Assembly (NCBI GenBank): GCA_038882955.1
Contig: JAVZNC010000002.1
Span: 221,209 to 285,208, forward strand
DNA: 64,000 nt
Source of the DNA: Candidatus Bathyarchaeia archaeon
Lineage (GTDB): Archaea > Thermoproteota > Bathyarchaeia > Bathyarchaeales > Bathycorpusculaceae
Direction: 5' to 3'
Part shown: piece by piece, positions 29,158-38,045 of the stretch
Layout of the letters: every line of letters starts with the position of its first letter
Numbering within the stretch: position 1 is the stretch's first letter
The notes under the pieces: generated by a model
What the model was told of the DNA's origin: nothing
Seen by the model: the letters and a program-made list of their open reading frames with translations, nothing else
Database searches by the model: none
Position numbers and translations under genes: made by a program

Positions 29158-29625
29158 ATGTGCATTTTGGATGTGGGGGCTATGGTGCTAGACGAAACGG
29201 ATATTAAAATACTAAAAGTGTTGACTTCCGATGCTAGGCTTTCGTCGAGGCAAATAGCTGACCAATGCGGAGTTTCCGTTGGCACGGTTCTGTCGCGCAT
29301 AAAAAGAATGGAAAACGAGGGAATAGTGCAGGGTTATTCAGCCATTCTCGACCATGAAAAGCTAGGATATGAACTAACTGTTGTCAGCGAAATAACGGTT
29401 TCAAAGGGCAGACTGTTGGAAGTTGAAAATGAGATTGCAAAACTACCAAACGTTTGCTGCGTCTACGACGTGACAGGACTAATAGACGCAATAATAATTG
29501 CAAAATTCAAAAACCGCCAAGAACTAAGCAAATTCACAAAACGCCTACTCTCGCTGCCATATGTTGAAAGAACAAACACCCACGTAGTGCTAACAACAAT
29601 AAAAGAAGACTTCCGCATAATCTAA
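29158..29625 (+). CDS. Lrp/AsnC transcription regulator, divergent from glnA
   Basis: LDETDIKILKVL..DARLS HTH, RIKRMENEGIVQGY, VYDVTG. Confidence 0.93.
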   Translation: MCILDVGAMVLDETDIKILKVLTSDARLSSRQIADQCGVSVGTVLSRIKRMENEGIVQGYSAILDHEKLGYELTVVSEITVSKGRLLEVENEIAKLPNVCCVYDVTGLIDAIIIAKFKNRQELSKFTKRLLSLPYVERTNTHVVLTTIKEDFRII

Positions 29626-29705
29626 AAGCCTAAACATGCAATTTCCAGTCAAAGCAACATTTAATTCCAACCAAAAATAGAAGATAGAAAAGAGTAAATC
29701 ATCAG

Positions 29706-29790
29706 GCGGGGGTTGCCAAGCCTGGCCAAAGGCGTAGCCCTGAGGCGGCTATCCCATAGGGGTTCGTGGGTTCAAATCCCACCCCCCGCA
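29706..29790 (+). tRNA. tRNA-Leu(GAG)
   Basis: GCGGGGG/CCCCCGC acceptor stem, TAGCC-CTGAGGC-GGCTA anticodon arm, long variable arm, GTGGGTTCAAATCCCAC T-arm; CCA not encoded. Confidence 0.95.
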
Positions 29791-30223
29791 CTTCATCTCG
29801 CCTGAGAGTTTAAAACTGTCAGTTCATAACATACAATCCGCCTCTGTAATGTGTGTTGGTACCACATTACGAAGATTTTTTAGACATATCCGTCACATCA
29901 AATATTTGACCATAAAAACTCGAAGTTTTAAGTTATTTAGTGCTTTTTCATTTCTATATTACTTTGTGACCAAACCTCTCAAATATATAATGCGGCGGTC
30001 TTCGTAAGGACATAATATTTGAAGGACACTTTTACTACAGCCATTGTATTTTTTTCTTTTTGCTTCGCGTTTAGCCTCTGCGACATTGTCCTCATGGCGT
30101 GCGATTGCCTCTTACAGGTATTGTTGGTATCTGGACACAAAACTCGATAAGCGTTTTTAAATTCACATATTGCTGCTCACCATGAGTTTTTTCAGCTTTA
30201 AATCTTCTTGACATAGGTATTCC

Positions 30224-30841
30224 TTAATGCAAAAGGGAATTAATTAACACCCAAAAAATAATTATTAAAACAAATTCCCCAATTATGCCAAAAACAAGCA
30301 AGTCAATTGCCATATCTTCATCTCTATCTTTTGTTCCAAGGTAGCCGATTATTCCGCCGATTAATCCAAAAAGAAATGCAACCAAATACCACGCTGTGGA
30401 CGGTTTTTCAACTAAATCATGTTCCTCGCTATAAAGTCGTGAAAGGTATTTTTGTGAGTCAAACACTTCGGGGTTTTTCTCGAGTTCTCTTAAGTCGTTT
30501 ATTTTGCTTTCAAGTCTTCTTACAGACCTTAAATAAGATTCCTCACTAATTTTACCTTCAGCGAAGAAAACTGACAATTTTTCAATACTTTTCTGATACT
30601 TGTATATTTCTTGATTTATTCTGGTTATTTGACTTATTTTCCCCAGCTCTTTTTCGCTTCCAAAGCCAAGATAATCACAACTAATTTCACAAGTTTCTCG
30701 AGATGGACACATATAGCAACAAAAATTCCACTTTTCATTTACACAAAATTCATCTCTTAATGCTCTGCCCTCTGGATTCTTCACTATCGCTTTGCATGAA
30801 CCATCATCAGATAGGTACTCACATTTTACTCTCTTCGTCAC
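30224..30841 (-). CDS. Hypothetical membrane protein (Cys-rich N-terminus, SHOCT-like segment, 2 TM helices)
   Basis: CEYL..DGSC..C..CCYMC...C.ISCDY, EGKISEESY, WYLVAFLFGLIGGIIGY; AT-rich context. Confidence 0.65.
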   Translation of the reverse strand: MTKRVKCEYLSDDGSCKAIVKNPEGRALRDEFCVNEKWNFCCYMCPSRETCEISCDYLGFGSEKELGKISQITRINQEIYKYQKSIEKLSVFFAEGKISEESYLRSVRRLESKINDLRELEKNPEVFDSQKYLSRLYSEEHDLVEKPSTAWYLVAFLFGLIGGIIGYLGTKDRDEDMAIDLLVFGIIGEFVLIIIFWVLINSLLH

Positions 30842-31175
30842 ACTATCCGTTGGTGGTCTGGTAAATTGTCTTCCACTCCCTTTAATTCATTAAAAATAGT
30901 ATTAGCTCTTCTTAAATGGTTTGTTAAACAACAACATAAATTAGTTATTAAATGTAAAGCAGTGCTAAATTAAAAGAAGTTTTATATGCAAAGCGACTTG
31001 ACAGTTTTAAACGATAGTATAAACCTAATTCCCCGCACTTTTTAGCCATTATTAAATGCAGCTTCCTACTTTGGCGCGTAGGGAAGAAACTGCGCGTGTT
31101 TCCATTAATTTTTTGGGTCTCATTCAAAAGCGTGCGGCGCATCAAATTGGAATGATGGATAAAAGGGTCTAATGG

Positions 31176-32285
31176 TCATTGTAGTTCCTTTATGGTGGTT
31201 TTTGTTAAGGCCCTTATGTTGTTGAACTCTGCAAGTTCTCCATAACCTACAAGCGTTATGGCTGTTCCTTCGCGCCCCATTCTGGCTGTGCGACCTATTC
31301 TGTGAAAATAGACTAATGCATCTAGTGGGACATCATAGTTTATTATGTGGGTTATTCCTTGAATGTCCAAGCCTCTTGCGGCAACATCAGTTGCAACAAG
31401 CAATTTCAGTTTTCCATTTCTGAAAGAATTAATTACGAGGTCTCTTTGAGGTTGCGTTAAACCGGCATGTAATGGTTTTGCGTCGTATCCTCTGGTTTTC
31501 AGTTTGTCAGCGAGGGTGCTTGTGTCCGCGCGTGTTTTGCAGAATATTATTGCGCGGTCTATGTGGTTTTCGTTTAAAATGTTGCATAGCGTTTCGAATT
31601 TGTTGTGAGGGTTTACAACCATGTAATATTGGCTTATTTGTGTTAGGGCTATTTCATCTTTGCTTACGAGTATCTTTTCTGGGTTTTTCATGTATCTGCT
31701 ACATATTCTCATTACTGGCTGGTCTATTGTCGCTGAGAAAAGGCTTGTCTGCCTGTTTGACGGCGTCCTTGCAAGTATGTATTCGATGTCGTCTATAAAG
31801 CCCATGTCAAGCATTCTGTCCGCTTCGTCGAGAACTACGATCTTTACTGAAGAAAGATTTAGAATGCGCCGTTTAAGCAAGTCGATTATGCGGCCTGGCG
31901 TGCCCACGACAATTTGAACGCCTTGTTTCAGCGCGTGTATCTGCTTCCCTATAGGTTCTCCTCCATAAACTTGCAAAACTTTTAATCGCGCATATTTTCC
32001 TAGTTGGCTAATGTGCTCTGCAACTTGGACAGCAAGCTCGCGTGTCGGCACCAACACCAAACCCTGCACACTTCTATCCTCCGGGTTCAACCGTTCAATC
32101 ATTGGAACTCCGAAAGCCGCAGTCTTCCCAGTTCCCGTTTGCGCTTGGCCAATAACGTCTTTGCCTTCAAGCAACGGCATTATGGCTTGAGCTTGAATTG
32201 GAAAAAGATTATGGAATCCAAACTCTTCAACGCCTTTTAAAACCTCCATGCTTAAGGGTAAGTCTTTAAAGTTTCGTATTTGCAT
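31176..32285 (-). CDS. DEAD-box RNA helicase
   Basis: Q motif, AQTGTGKT, PTRELA, DEAD, SAT, TDVAARGLD, HRIGRTAR. Confidence 0.97.
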   Translation of the reverse strand: MQIRNFKDLPLSMEVLKGVEEFGFHNLFPIQAQAIMPLLEGKDVIGQAQTGTGKTAAFGVPMIERLNPEDRSVQGLVLVPTRELAVQVAEHISQLGKYARLKVLQVYGGEPIGKQIHALKQGVQIVVGTPGRIIDLLKRRILNLSSVKIVVLDEADRMLDMGFIDDIEYILARTPSNRQTSLFSATIDQPVMRICSRYMKNPEKILVSKDEIALTQISQYYMVVNPHNKFETLCNILNENHIDRAIIFCKTRADTSTLADKLKTRGYDAKPLHAGLTQPQRDLVINSFRNGKLKLLVATDVAARGLDIQGITHIINYDVPLDALVYFHRIGRTARMGREGTAITLVGYGELAEFNNIRALTKTTIKELQ

Positions 32286-32482
32286 ACTTTTTCATTTCTC
32301 CTGCCACAAAATTTTTCATGCATCTCGTTAAAAGCTTCAAAAGCTTTGTCAATTACATGAATTAATGTGACAACACTAAAGAGCATCGATTGTTTTATAA
32401 AAAGGTTTACTTTGTGAAGGAAAGAAAGAGCCGTGTTAACAGTTCGTTTCGAATTTTATAAGAGAATAATGCTGCATATAGG

Positions 32483-32575
32483 CGGGCGGGGTGGGATTTG
32501 AACCCACGACCACAAGCTTTCTTCTGGCTTATGGTTTAGGAGGCTTGCGCCCTATCCATGCTAGGCTACCCGCCC
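32483..32575 (-). tRNA. tRNA-Arg(CCT) with an 18-nt intron at 37/38 (32519-32536)
   Basis: Reverse complement: GGGCGGG TAGCCTAGCATGGATAGGGCG CAAGC CT CCT A [AACCATAAGCCAGAAGAA] A GCTTG TGGTC GTGGGTTCAAATCCCAC CCCGCCC G. Confidence 0.92.
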
Positions 32576-32670
32576 TGCAAGCATAACTTGGCTAAATTTA
32601 AATTTTAACTTAATGCTGTTTGTGTTCGCCAAAAGCTTAAACTATGCTGCGTTACCAAAAATAGTGCTGT

Positions 32671-32793
32671 GCGGGGGTACCCGAGCCAGGTCTAAATAGG
32701 CTACTTGGGGCACAGACCAGCCTAAGACAAGGGGGAGGACTTAAGATCCTCTGGCGTAGGCCTCCGTGGGTTCGAATCCCACCCCCCGCACCA
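32671..32793 (+). tRNA. tRNA-Leu(TAA) with a 35-nt D-arm intron (32696-32730), CCA encoded
   Basis: GAGGA-CTTAAGA-TCCTC anticodon arm. Removing 32696-32730 gives an 85-nt Leu cloverleaf. GTCT/AGAC central helix, AAA bulge, TAGGCT/AGCCTA helix. Confidence 0.9.
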
Positions 32794-32998
32794 AAATTGA
32801 ACCCAGTGAAGTGGAGCTTGTTCAGTTTGGTTTGTGGCTGCTTGGGGAAGGTGATAATAAAGTGCTTTTAGAGGACATTGAACTAAAAATCTAGGGGGGG
32901 TAGGTCGCTATTGGCTGATTTTCAGGTCAAAAATGGTGATTCTTGCTGGTGTGGTGTTCGTTGTATTTATAAGGAGGTTTGTGTATTTCTGAAGTGCG

Positions 32999-33042
32999 GT
33001 AACGTTGTGCTGTTAGAGGGCTAAGAACAGAGGCAACGTTAC
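32999..33042 (+). promoter_or_regulatory. Hairpin in the probable 5' UTR of alba
   Basis: GTAACGTTG/CAACGTTAC plus CTGTT/AACAG stems, between TATA-like TTTATAAG (~32966) and the RBS-like GGGGTGA. Confidence 0.45.
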
Positions 33043-33078
33043 ACAAGACTACAACGGTAAAAGCGGGGTGATGTATCA

Positions 33079-33363
33079 ATGTCTGAAAAGTCCGAAACAA
33101 TACTTATTGGAAGAAAGCCTGCGATGAACTATGTCTTGGCAATTGTCACCAGCCTTTCAGCTTCTGACACCAAAGAGATAACAATAAAAGCACGGGGTCG
33201 AGCAATCACAACAGCGGTTGACGTTGCAGAAATCGTGAGGAACAGATTCCTAAAAGACCTGAAAATAAGCAAGATATCTATCGGCACTGAGGAGATGCCG
33301 CCGAAACAGGGACAAAATAGGTCGCGAATGGTCTCAACGATGGAAATAACGCTTACAAAGTAG
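33079..33363 (+). CDS. albA: DNA/RNA-binding protein Alba
   Basis: ILIGRKPAMNYVLA, IKARGRAITTAVDVAEIVRNRF, VSTMEITL. Confidence 0.96.
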   Translation: MSEKSETILIGRKPAMNYVLAIVTSLSASDTKEITIKARGRAITTAVDVAEIVRNRFLKDLKISKISIGTEEMPPKQGQNRSRMVSTMEITLTK

Positions 33364-33431
33364 GATTATTGAAAACAAAATGGAAACGGCGATTGCCCTC
33401 ACTTTTCTTTAATTTTATTTTGTTTATATTG

Positions 33432-34208
33432 TTAATGTGCGAGAGAGTCGCCGTACTGCGAGATGTCAGAAGCCTGTAGGATTTCTCTTCTTTTCACGAT
33501 TTCCTTAAAATCAACGTAACCGCCACCAACTATCTTTAGTTTGGCGTCAACCTTCCTGCCTTTAATTTCCACGACGTTATATGAATTGCAAAAGAAGCCC
33601 CTCAATTTTTCACATGAGACACTTCCCGCATGAACCACGAGCATGTCCTCGATTTTCCATCGCCATGGTCTGTGGCGGTGTCCGCAGAGAACCAAATCTA
33701 CTTTAGACTTTACTAGACTTCTTAATACGTCGCCGGCATCCACAATTGTAATTTGGTCTGCTCCCGTATCTGGAACGGGAATGATGTGGTGGTGTATTGT
33801 CACTATTTTCACCTTATCCTTATACTCTTCGAGTGTTTTCTCAAGCCACAAATTTTGCCTATGTCCAACCTCGCCGTCATCCCTGTCTGGTCTTGCTGAA
33901 CTGAGAACCACAATAACCGCATCATCGGTTTCCGTTACTTGTGAAAATGGGAAGAACTCTCGGAAGAGCAGATATCCAGTTGAACGGTAGTCGTGGTTTC
34001 CGCTTAAATATATCACCTTTTTAGTCTTCAGCCTTTTCAACTCTTTTGAGGCGTCAGTAAATTCAGATATTAAGCCATTTTCAGTTAAATCGCCAGTCAC
34101 AAGAACAACATTGGGCGACAAGCCATTAATTTCTTTAATGGCCGTTCGTAAGGTTTCTCTCCGCAGCATTGGACCGCAATGGACGTCTGAAATTTGGGCA
34201 AGCAACAT
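33432..34208 (-). CDS. Calcineurin-like metallophosphoesterase
   Basis: SDVH, TGDL, GNHD, HHH, GHRH. Confidence 0.9.
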   Translation of the reverse strand: MLLAQISDVHCGPMLRRETLRTAIKEINGLSPNVVLVTGDLTENGLISEFTDASKELKRLKTKKVIYLSGNHDYRSTGYLLFREFFPFSQVTETDDAVIVVLSSARPDRDDGEVGHRQNLWLEKTLEEYKDKVKIVTIHHHIIPVPDTGADQITIVDAGDVLRSLVKSKVDLVLCGHRHRPWRWKIEDMLVVHAGSVSCEKLRGFFCNSYNVVEIKGRKVDAKLKIVGGGYVDFKEIVKRREILQASDISQYGDSLAH

Positions 34209-34220
34209 TCGTGATGCGCC

Positions 34221-34907
34221 TTATTCTCGACTTGCAAGTATCACGATGTAATCTGCAGTGTCTGCGCACATGTCTGCGGCGTACTCAATAAACTCAACTA
34301 GATCATCAAAAATCACCATGGCGCCACAGTTCATTTTCTCCGAATATTTAATGAATAGCGCTTTCGTTTTCAGGTATTCCTCATCAATTTTATGTTCAAT
34401 TTCCTCAACTTTCTTTGCCCCTTGAATGGCTTCAGCGGGATTCGCTGTAATCTTTTCAATGCTTCCCCGTAATGCGTCAGCACATTCCACTAGTGTGGAA
34501 GTCATGCAAACGGTGTTATCCCACAGTTCTTTCGGTATGTCAGAATCAGAAAGCATTCTCACGCATCTTGCCACGTCCTTCACGTGATCCGCCAGAGTGT
34601 CAAGGCGTTTTACGAGGTGCATTAAATCTTCACGGTACTCAGCAAAAAGTGCAGCGCCCTTAGACAGTTCCTTAAAAACTTCCGTTCTTAAACCGTCGAC
34701 CTCCTTCTCCATCTTGAAGAGATTTTCGATGCTTTGAAGCGCCTCTTTCCTCTTTGCCTCTGATATGTTTTTCACTGCTTGATGAAGCAAAGTCACCGTG
34801 CCAAGAGCCTTTGTTATTTGTTCTTGAGCCAAATCCAGTGCCTTTGTTCTTCGACGTCTCTCAAACCATGCATAACTTTTCTTTTCCAATTTTCTCTCCA
34901 CCACCAT
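34221..34907 (-). CDS. DUF47 / PhoU-like protein
   Basis: Duplicated helical E..VD.LR and LDTLADHVKD / IEYAADMCAD motifs. Confidence 0.85.
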   Translation of the reverse strand: MVVERKLEKKSYAWFERRRRTKALDLAQEQITKALGTVTLLHQAVKNISEAKRKEALQSIENLFKMEKEVDGLRTEVFKELSKGAALFAEYREDLMHLVKRLDTLADHVKDVARCVRMLSDSDIPKELWDNTVCMTSTLVECADALRGSIEKITANPAEAIQGAKKVEEIEHKIDEEYLKTKALFIKYSEKMNCGAMVIFDDLVEFIEYAADMCADTADYIVILASRE

Positions 34908-34936
34908 AGTTTTTGAAGTGTACCTTATAACATTTC

Positions 34937-35392
34937 TTAACCTACATTCTTCTCAGATACCCAATAAGTAGTTATCTCTCCCTTTTCATCTATTAGATAC
35001 TCCTTTTTGAATATGGGCGCTTCCCTTTTGTATCTTTCAACCGCTTCTTTCAGCACTGGAAATACGTTATCACGGTGAGAACCAGCGACGAGAACATAGA
35101 CGATGTCTTCGCCAACATTAAATTCGCCGAGTAAATGGTGAATTTGCAAATCCACTATTCCAGGTTTTTTCTTTAAATCAGCACGAATAGTTGATAAAAT
35201 CTCGTTCGCCTTTTCCTCGTAAGCTTCTAATTCCAGTCTGTAAACTTTCTTGTTTTCTCTTTCTTCCCCGCGTACAATTCCAATAAATATTGCAATTGCT
35301 CCCACCTTCTCAAAATCCGGTTTATCTTTCATGTCCCTCAAAACGTCCAGCAACGAAAATTCTCCTTTTTTGTGAACACTCGTTTGGTTCAT
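34937..35392 (-). CDS. moaE: Molybdopterin synthase catalytic subunit
   Basis: GAIAIFIGIVR, LELEAY, HHLLG, GSHR, KREAPIFKKE. Confidence 0.9.
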   Translation of the reverse strand: MNQTSVHKKGEFSLLDVLRDMKDKPDFEKVGAIAIFIGIVRGEERENKKVYRLELEAYEEKANEILSTIRADLKKKPGIVDLQIHHLLGEFNVGEDIVYVLVAGSHRDNVFPVLKEAVERYKREAPIFKKEYLIDEKGEITTYWVSEKNVG

Positions 35393-35429
35393 AATATCAC
35401 TCTCACATAAAATACCATGTAACAAATCC

Positions 35430-36467
35430 TTATTCAAGGCTATCTATGTAATTGCGTATGTCCTCGGTTGCAGCTGAAGGAATTGGCAAGTCTTTCATTG
35501 TCAATAACCCTGGGCGTGCCTTAATCACCTTTGGAATTGCATTTGCAACCATCGCGACGGTTCCTATGTCACCGTGGATGCATGGTTGTATTTTTTGCCT
35601 TATTTCTGGGACTCCTTCAATTGTTATGGCGTCATACTCTTCTTCAGCGCCTAGATAAGCTTGGAACTCAAGCGTTATTACTTCTTTGTTCTTCATCATC
35701 CCTTTAGCCTTTTGTTTCAAACCTGCCACATCGCCAGCCTTAACTTCTATAAATTGACTTTTTACTGGTTTTTTGGCAATGACCGGTTCAACCTGTTCGG
35801 CTATGATTTTATCTAGTTTCCATGCAAGGGCGTCAGCAAACATTGCTATGGATTGTTCAAGCCCCACATGTCCAGTGATCTGTTTGCTTTCCATTTTTTG
35901 CCTAAATTCTTCCACGGTTAGTCCAGCACCTATCTTTTTTTGGAATGGTAATCGCCTTTTTGTCGCATCCATAACCCTTGCTGCTTCTATTTTTTCGATT
36001 TTCTGGCAAACCGCCGTTAACATTATGACAAGCGTGTCCATCAAGAAGCCCGGGTTAATGCCCGTACCAAGCACCGTAGTGTTGTATTTTTTGGCTAGGG
36101 CGTCTAATTTTTTTGCAAGTTTTGGCTCAGTGTAGTATGGATAAGTCAATTCTTCACACGTGGATATCACTTTTAAGCCGTTTTTTACAAGTGAAGCTAT
36201 TTGCGGGTACGTATCTTTAAGATAGGATGATGTTGCGTGTATTGCCAAATCCGCTCTAACCTTAGATAGGGCTTCATCAACGTCCTTTGAAATTTTTATT
36301 CCAAGACTTTTTGGCGCTCCTAATACTTCGCTCAAGTCTTTGCCCACCTTATCTTTCGCAACGTCTACGGCTCCAACGATTTCTACGCCATCCTTTTCCA
36401 ATAGAAATTTGGCGATTAACGTTCCAACTGCGCCAACGCCGAATAGGATAACCCTTACTTTGCGCAT
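35430..36467 (-). CDS. NAD(P)-dependent oxidoreductase, 2,4-diaminopentanoate dehydrogenase/DapB-like family
   Basis: GVGAVG, STCEEL, LGTGINPGFLMD, RRLPFQKKIGAG, GHVGL, GDIGT. Confidence 0.8.
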   Translation of the reverse strand: MRKVRVILFGVGAVGTLIAKFLLEKDGVEIVGAVDVAKDKVGKDLSEVLGAPKSLGIKISKDVDEALSKVRADLAIHATSSYLKDTYPQIASLVKNGLKVISTCEELTYPYYTEPKLAKKLDALAKKYNTTVLGTGINPGFLMDTLVIMLTAVCQKIEKIEAARVMDATKRRLPFQKKIGAGLTVEEFRQKMESKQITGHVGLEQSIAMFADALAWKLDKIIAEQVEPVIAKKPVKSQFIEVKAGDVAGLKQKAKGMMKNKEVITLEFQAYLGAEEEYDAITIEGVPEIRQKIQPCIHGDIGTVAMVANAIPKVIKARPGLLTMKDLPIPSAATEDIRNYIDSLE

Positions 36468-36596
36468 GTGTGTTTCACCTTCTCTTCTCTTCATTGTTTT
36501 TAGCTTATAAAATGTGCTTGCAGCATTTGTGGGATAGAGCATTGTTTAGAAACCTTTACATTTGTAAACCTTTATATCCATGAGAAAACTCAAACT

Positions 36597-38045
36597 ATGA
36601 GAGGGCCTCAAGTCTTGGCGACTGCAGAAGCCACGATGCATAAGGAAGAAATCAGAAAGCTTCTGAGCACTGAAAAGCTTAAGCACTGCTTTGAATGTGG
36701 CATTTGCACCGCAAGCTGTTCAATGGTTGAACTGCTTGGAGATGATTATAATCCACGGGGGCTTCTCGAAAAAATTTTCTTAAATGCGGAAGACGCATTA
36801 TCTTCGCATGAGCTTTGGCTATGCGCATGGTGTTACAAATGCCATAGGCGATGTCCACAAGCTCTAGAAGTTCCAGAAATCTTTCTTCTTATGCGAACAA
36901 TCGCCGTTAAACGCGGCTATATACACCCTCTGGAAAAAGCTATACAAAAAGTTGCACGAAACATCCCATTACCCCTCATAGTTACACTTGTATGCTTGCA
37001 TCCAGAGCGTGCTGGACTTAACATACAAGACGTTTTGGAAAAGGTTCAGGATGAACGCACTAAACTGAAAATGAAAAAGACGCTAAAAGGCAGTAAATGT
37101 AAAGTAGCGGTTTTAGGTTCTGGACCAGCAGGTTTAACTGTTGCTTATGAGCTTGTTCGAAAGGGTTATCCAGTAACGGTTTTTGAGTCTCTTTCAGAGC
37201 CCGGGGGAATGCTTAGAAAGTGTATACCGGAGTATCGCTTGCCAAGGGACGTTTTAGAGGATGAATTGCGTTTTTTGGAGAGTTTAGGTGTTGAGTTTAA
37301 AGTTAACGTGCATGTAGGTAAGGACTTGGGTTTTGATGATTTGTGGGATGAAGGTTATAGGGCTATTTTTGTTGGTGTTGGCGCCCATAAAAGTCAGAAA
37401 TTGAAGATTGATGGCGGAGACTTGAAGGATGTTGTTCACGCTCTAGATTTTTTGTGGCAGGTTAAAAGCGGCGTGAAAGTTGAGCTTGGCAAAAACGTTG
37501 CAGTTATTGGCGGCGGAAATGTGGCTGTAGATGCCGCCAGAACCGCTTTAAAACTCGGCGCAGAAAATGTGACAATATTCTATCGAAGGTCGAGGACTGA
37601 AATGCCCGCGAATCCGTGGGAGGTTAAGGAATCAGAGGAAGAAGGCGTAAAAACAGAGTTTTTGGTAGCTCCAAAGAGAATTTTAGGAGAAAATGGACAC
37701 GTTTCAGCTGTTGAGTTTGTCCGCATGCAGCTAGGCGAATTGGACGAGTCTGGTAGAAGAAAACCTTTACCAATAGAGGGTTCAGAGTTTGTTTTCAAAG
37801 CGGATACCATTATTTTGGCGATTGGCGAGGCTCCAGACTTAGAGTTTTTACCTAAAGGCATCGTTCTTAATGATGATGGAACAGTTTGGGTTAACCCCAT
37901 AACCATGGAAACAAGTATGCGTGGAGTTTTTGCTGGTGGAGACGTTGTTACTGGTCCAGCATCGGTTATTGAGGCTATTTGCGCTGGAAAACGTGCCGCC
38001 AACTCCATTGACCGCTACCTAAAGGCTGAGGGAGGCATGGGTTGA
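36597..38045 (+). CDS. HdrC-like 2x[4Fe-4S] domain fused to a GltD/NfnB-like FAD/NADPH oxidoreductase
   Basis: CFECGICTASC and WLCAWCYKCHRRCP (HdrC type), then GSGPAG, IPEYRLP, GGGNVAVDAAR, YRRSRTEMPA, GVFAGGD. Confidence 0.88.
   Translation: MRGPQVLATAEATMHKEEIRKLLSTEKLKHCFECGICTASCSMVELLGDDYNPRGLLEKIFLNAEDALSSHELWLCAWCYKCHRRCPQALEVPEIFLLMRTIAVKRGYIHPLEKAIQKVARNIPLPLIVTLVCLHPERAGLNIQDVLEKVQDERTKLKMKKTLKGSKCKVAVLGSGPAGLTVAYELVRKGYPVTVFESLSEPGGMLRKCIPEYRLPRDVLEDELRFLESLGVEFKVNVHVGKDLGFDDLWDEGYRAIFVGVGAHKSQKLKIDGGDLKDVVHALDFLWQVKSGVKVELGKNVAVIGGGNVAVDAARTALKLGAENVTIFYRRSRTEMPANPWEVKESEEEGVKTEFLVAPKRILGENGHVSAVEFVRMQLGELDESGRRKPLPIEGSEFVFKADTIILAIGEAPDLEFLPKGIVLNDDGTVWVNPITMETSMRGVFAGGDVVTGPASVIEAICAGKRAANSIDRYLKAEGGMG

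Noticed and set aside
29765-32790. Near-identical 3' ends of the two tRNA-Leu genes as attL/attR of a 3-kb element
   Set aside because: Both are complete tRNAs with different anticodons, the identity is ordinary T-arm/acceptor conservation, and there is no integrase.
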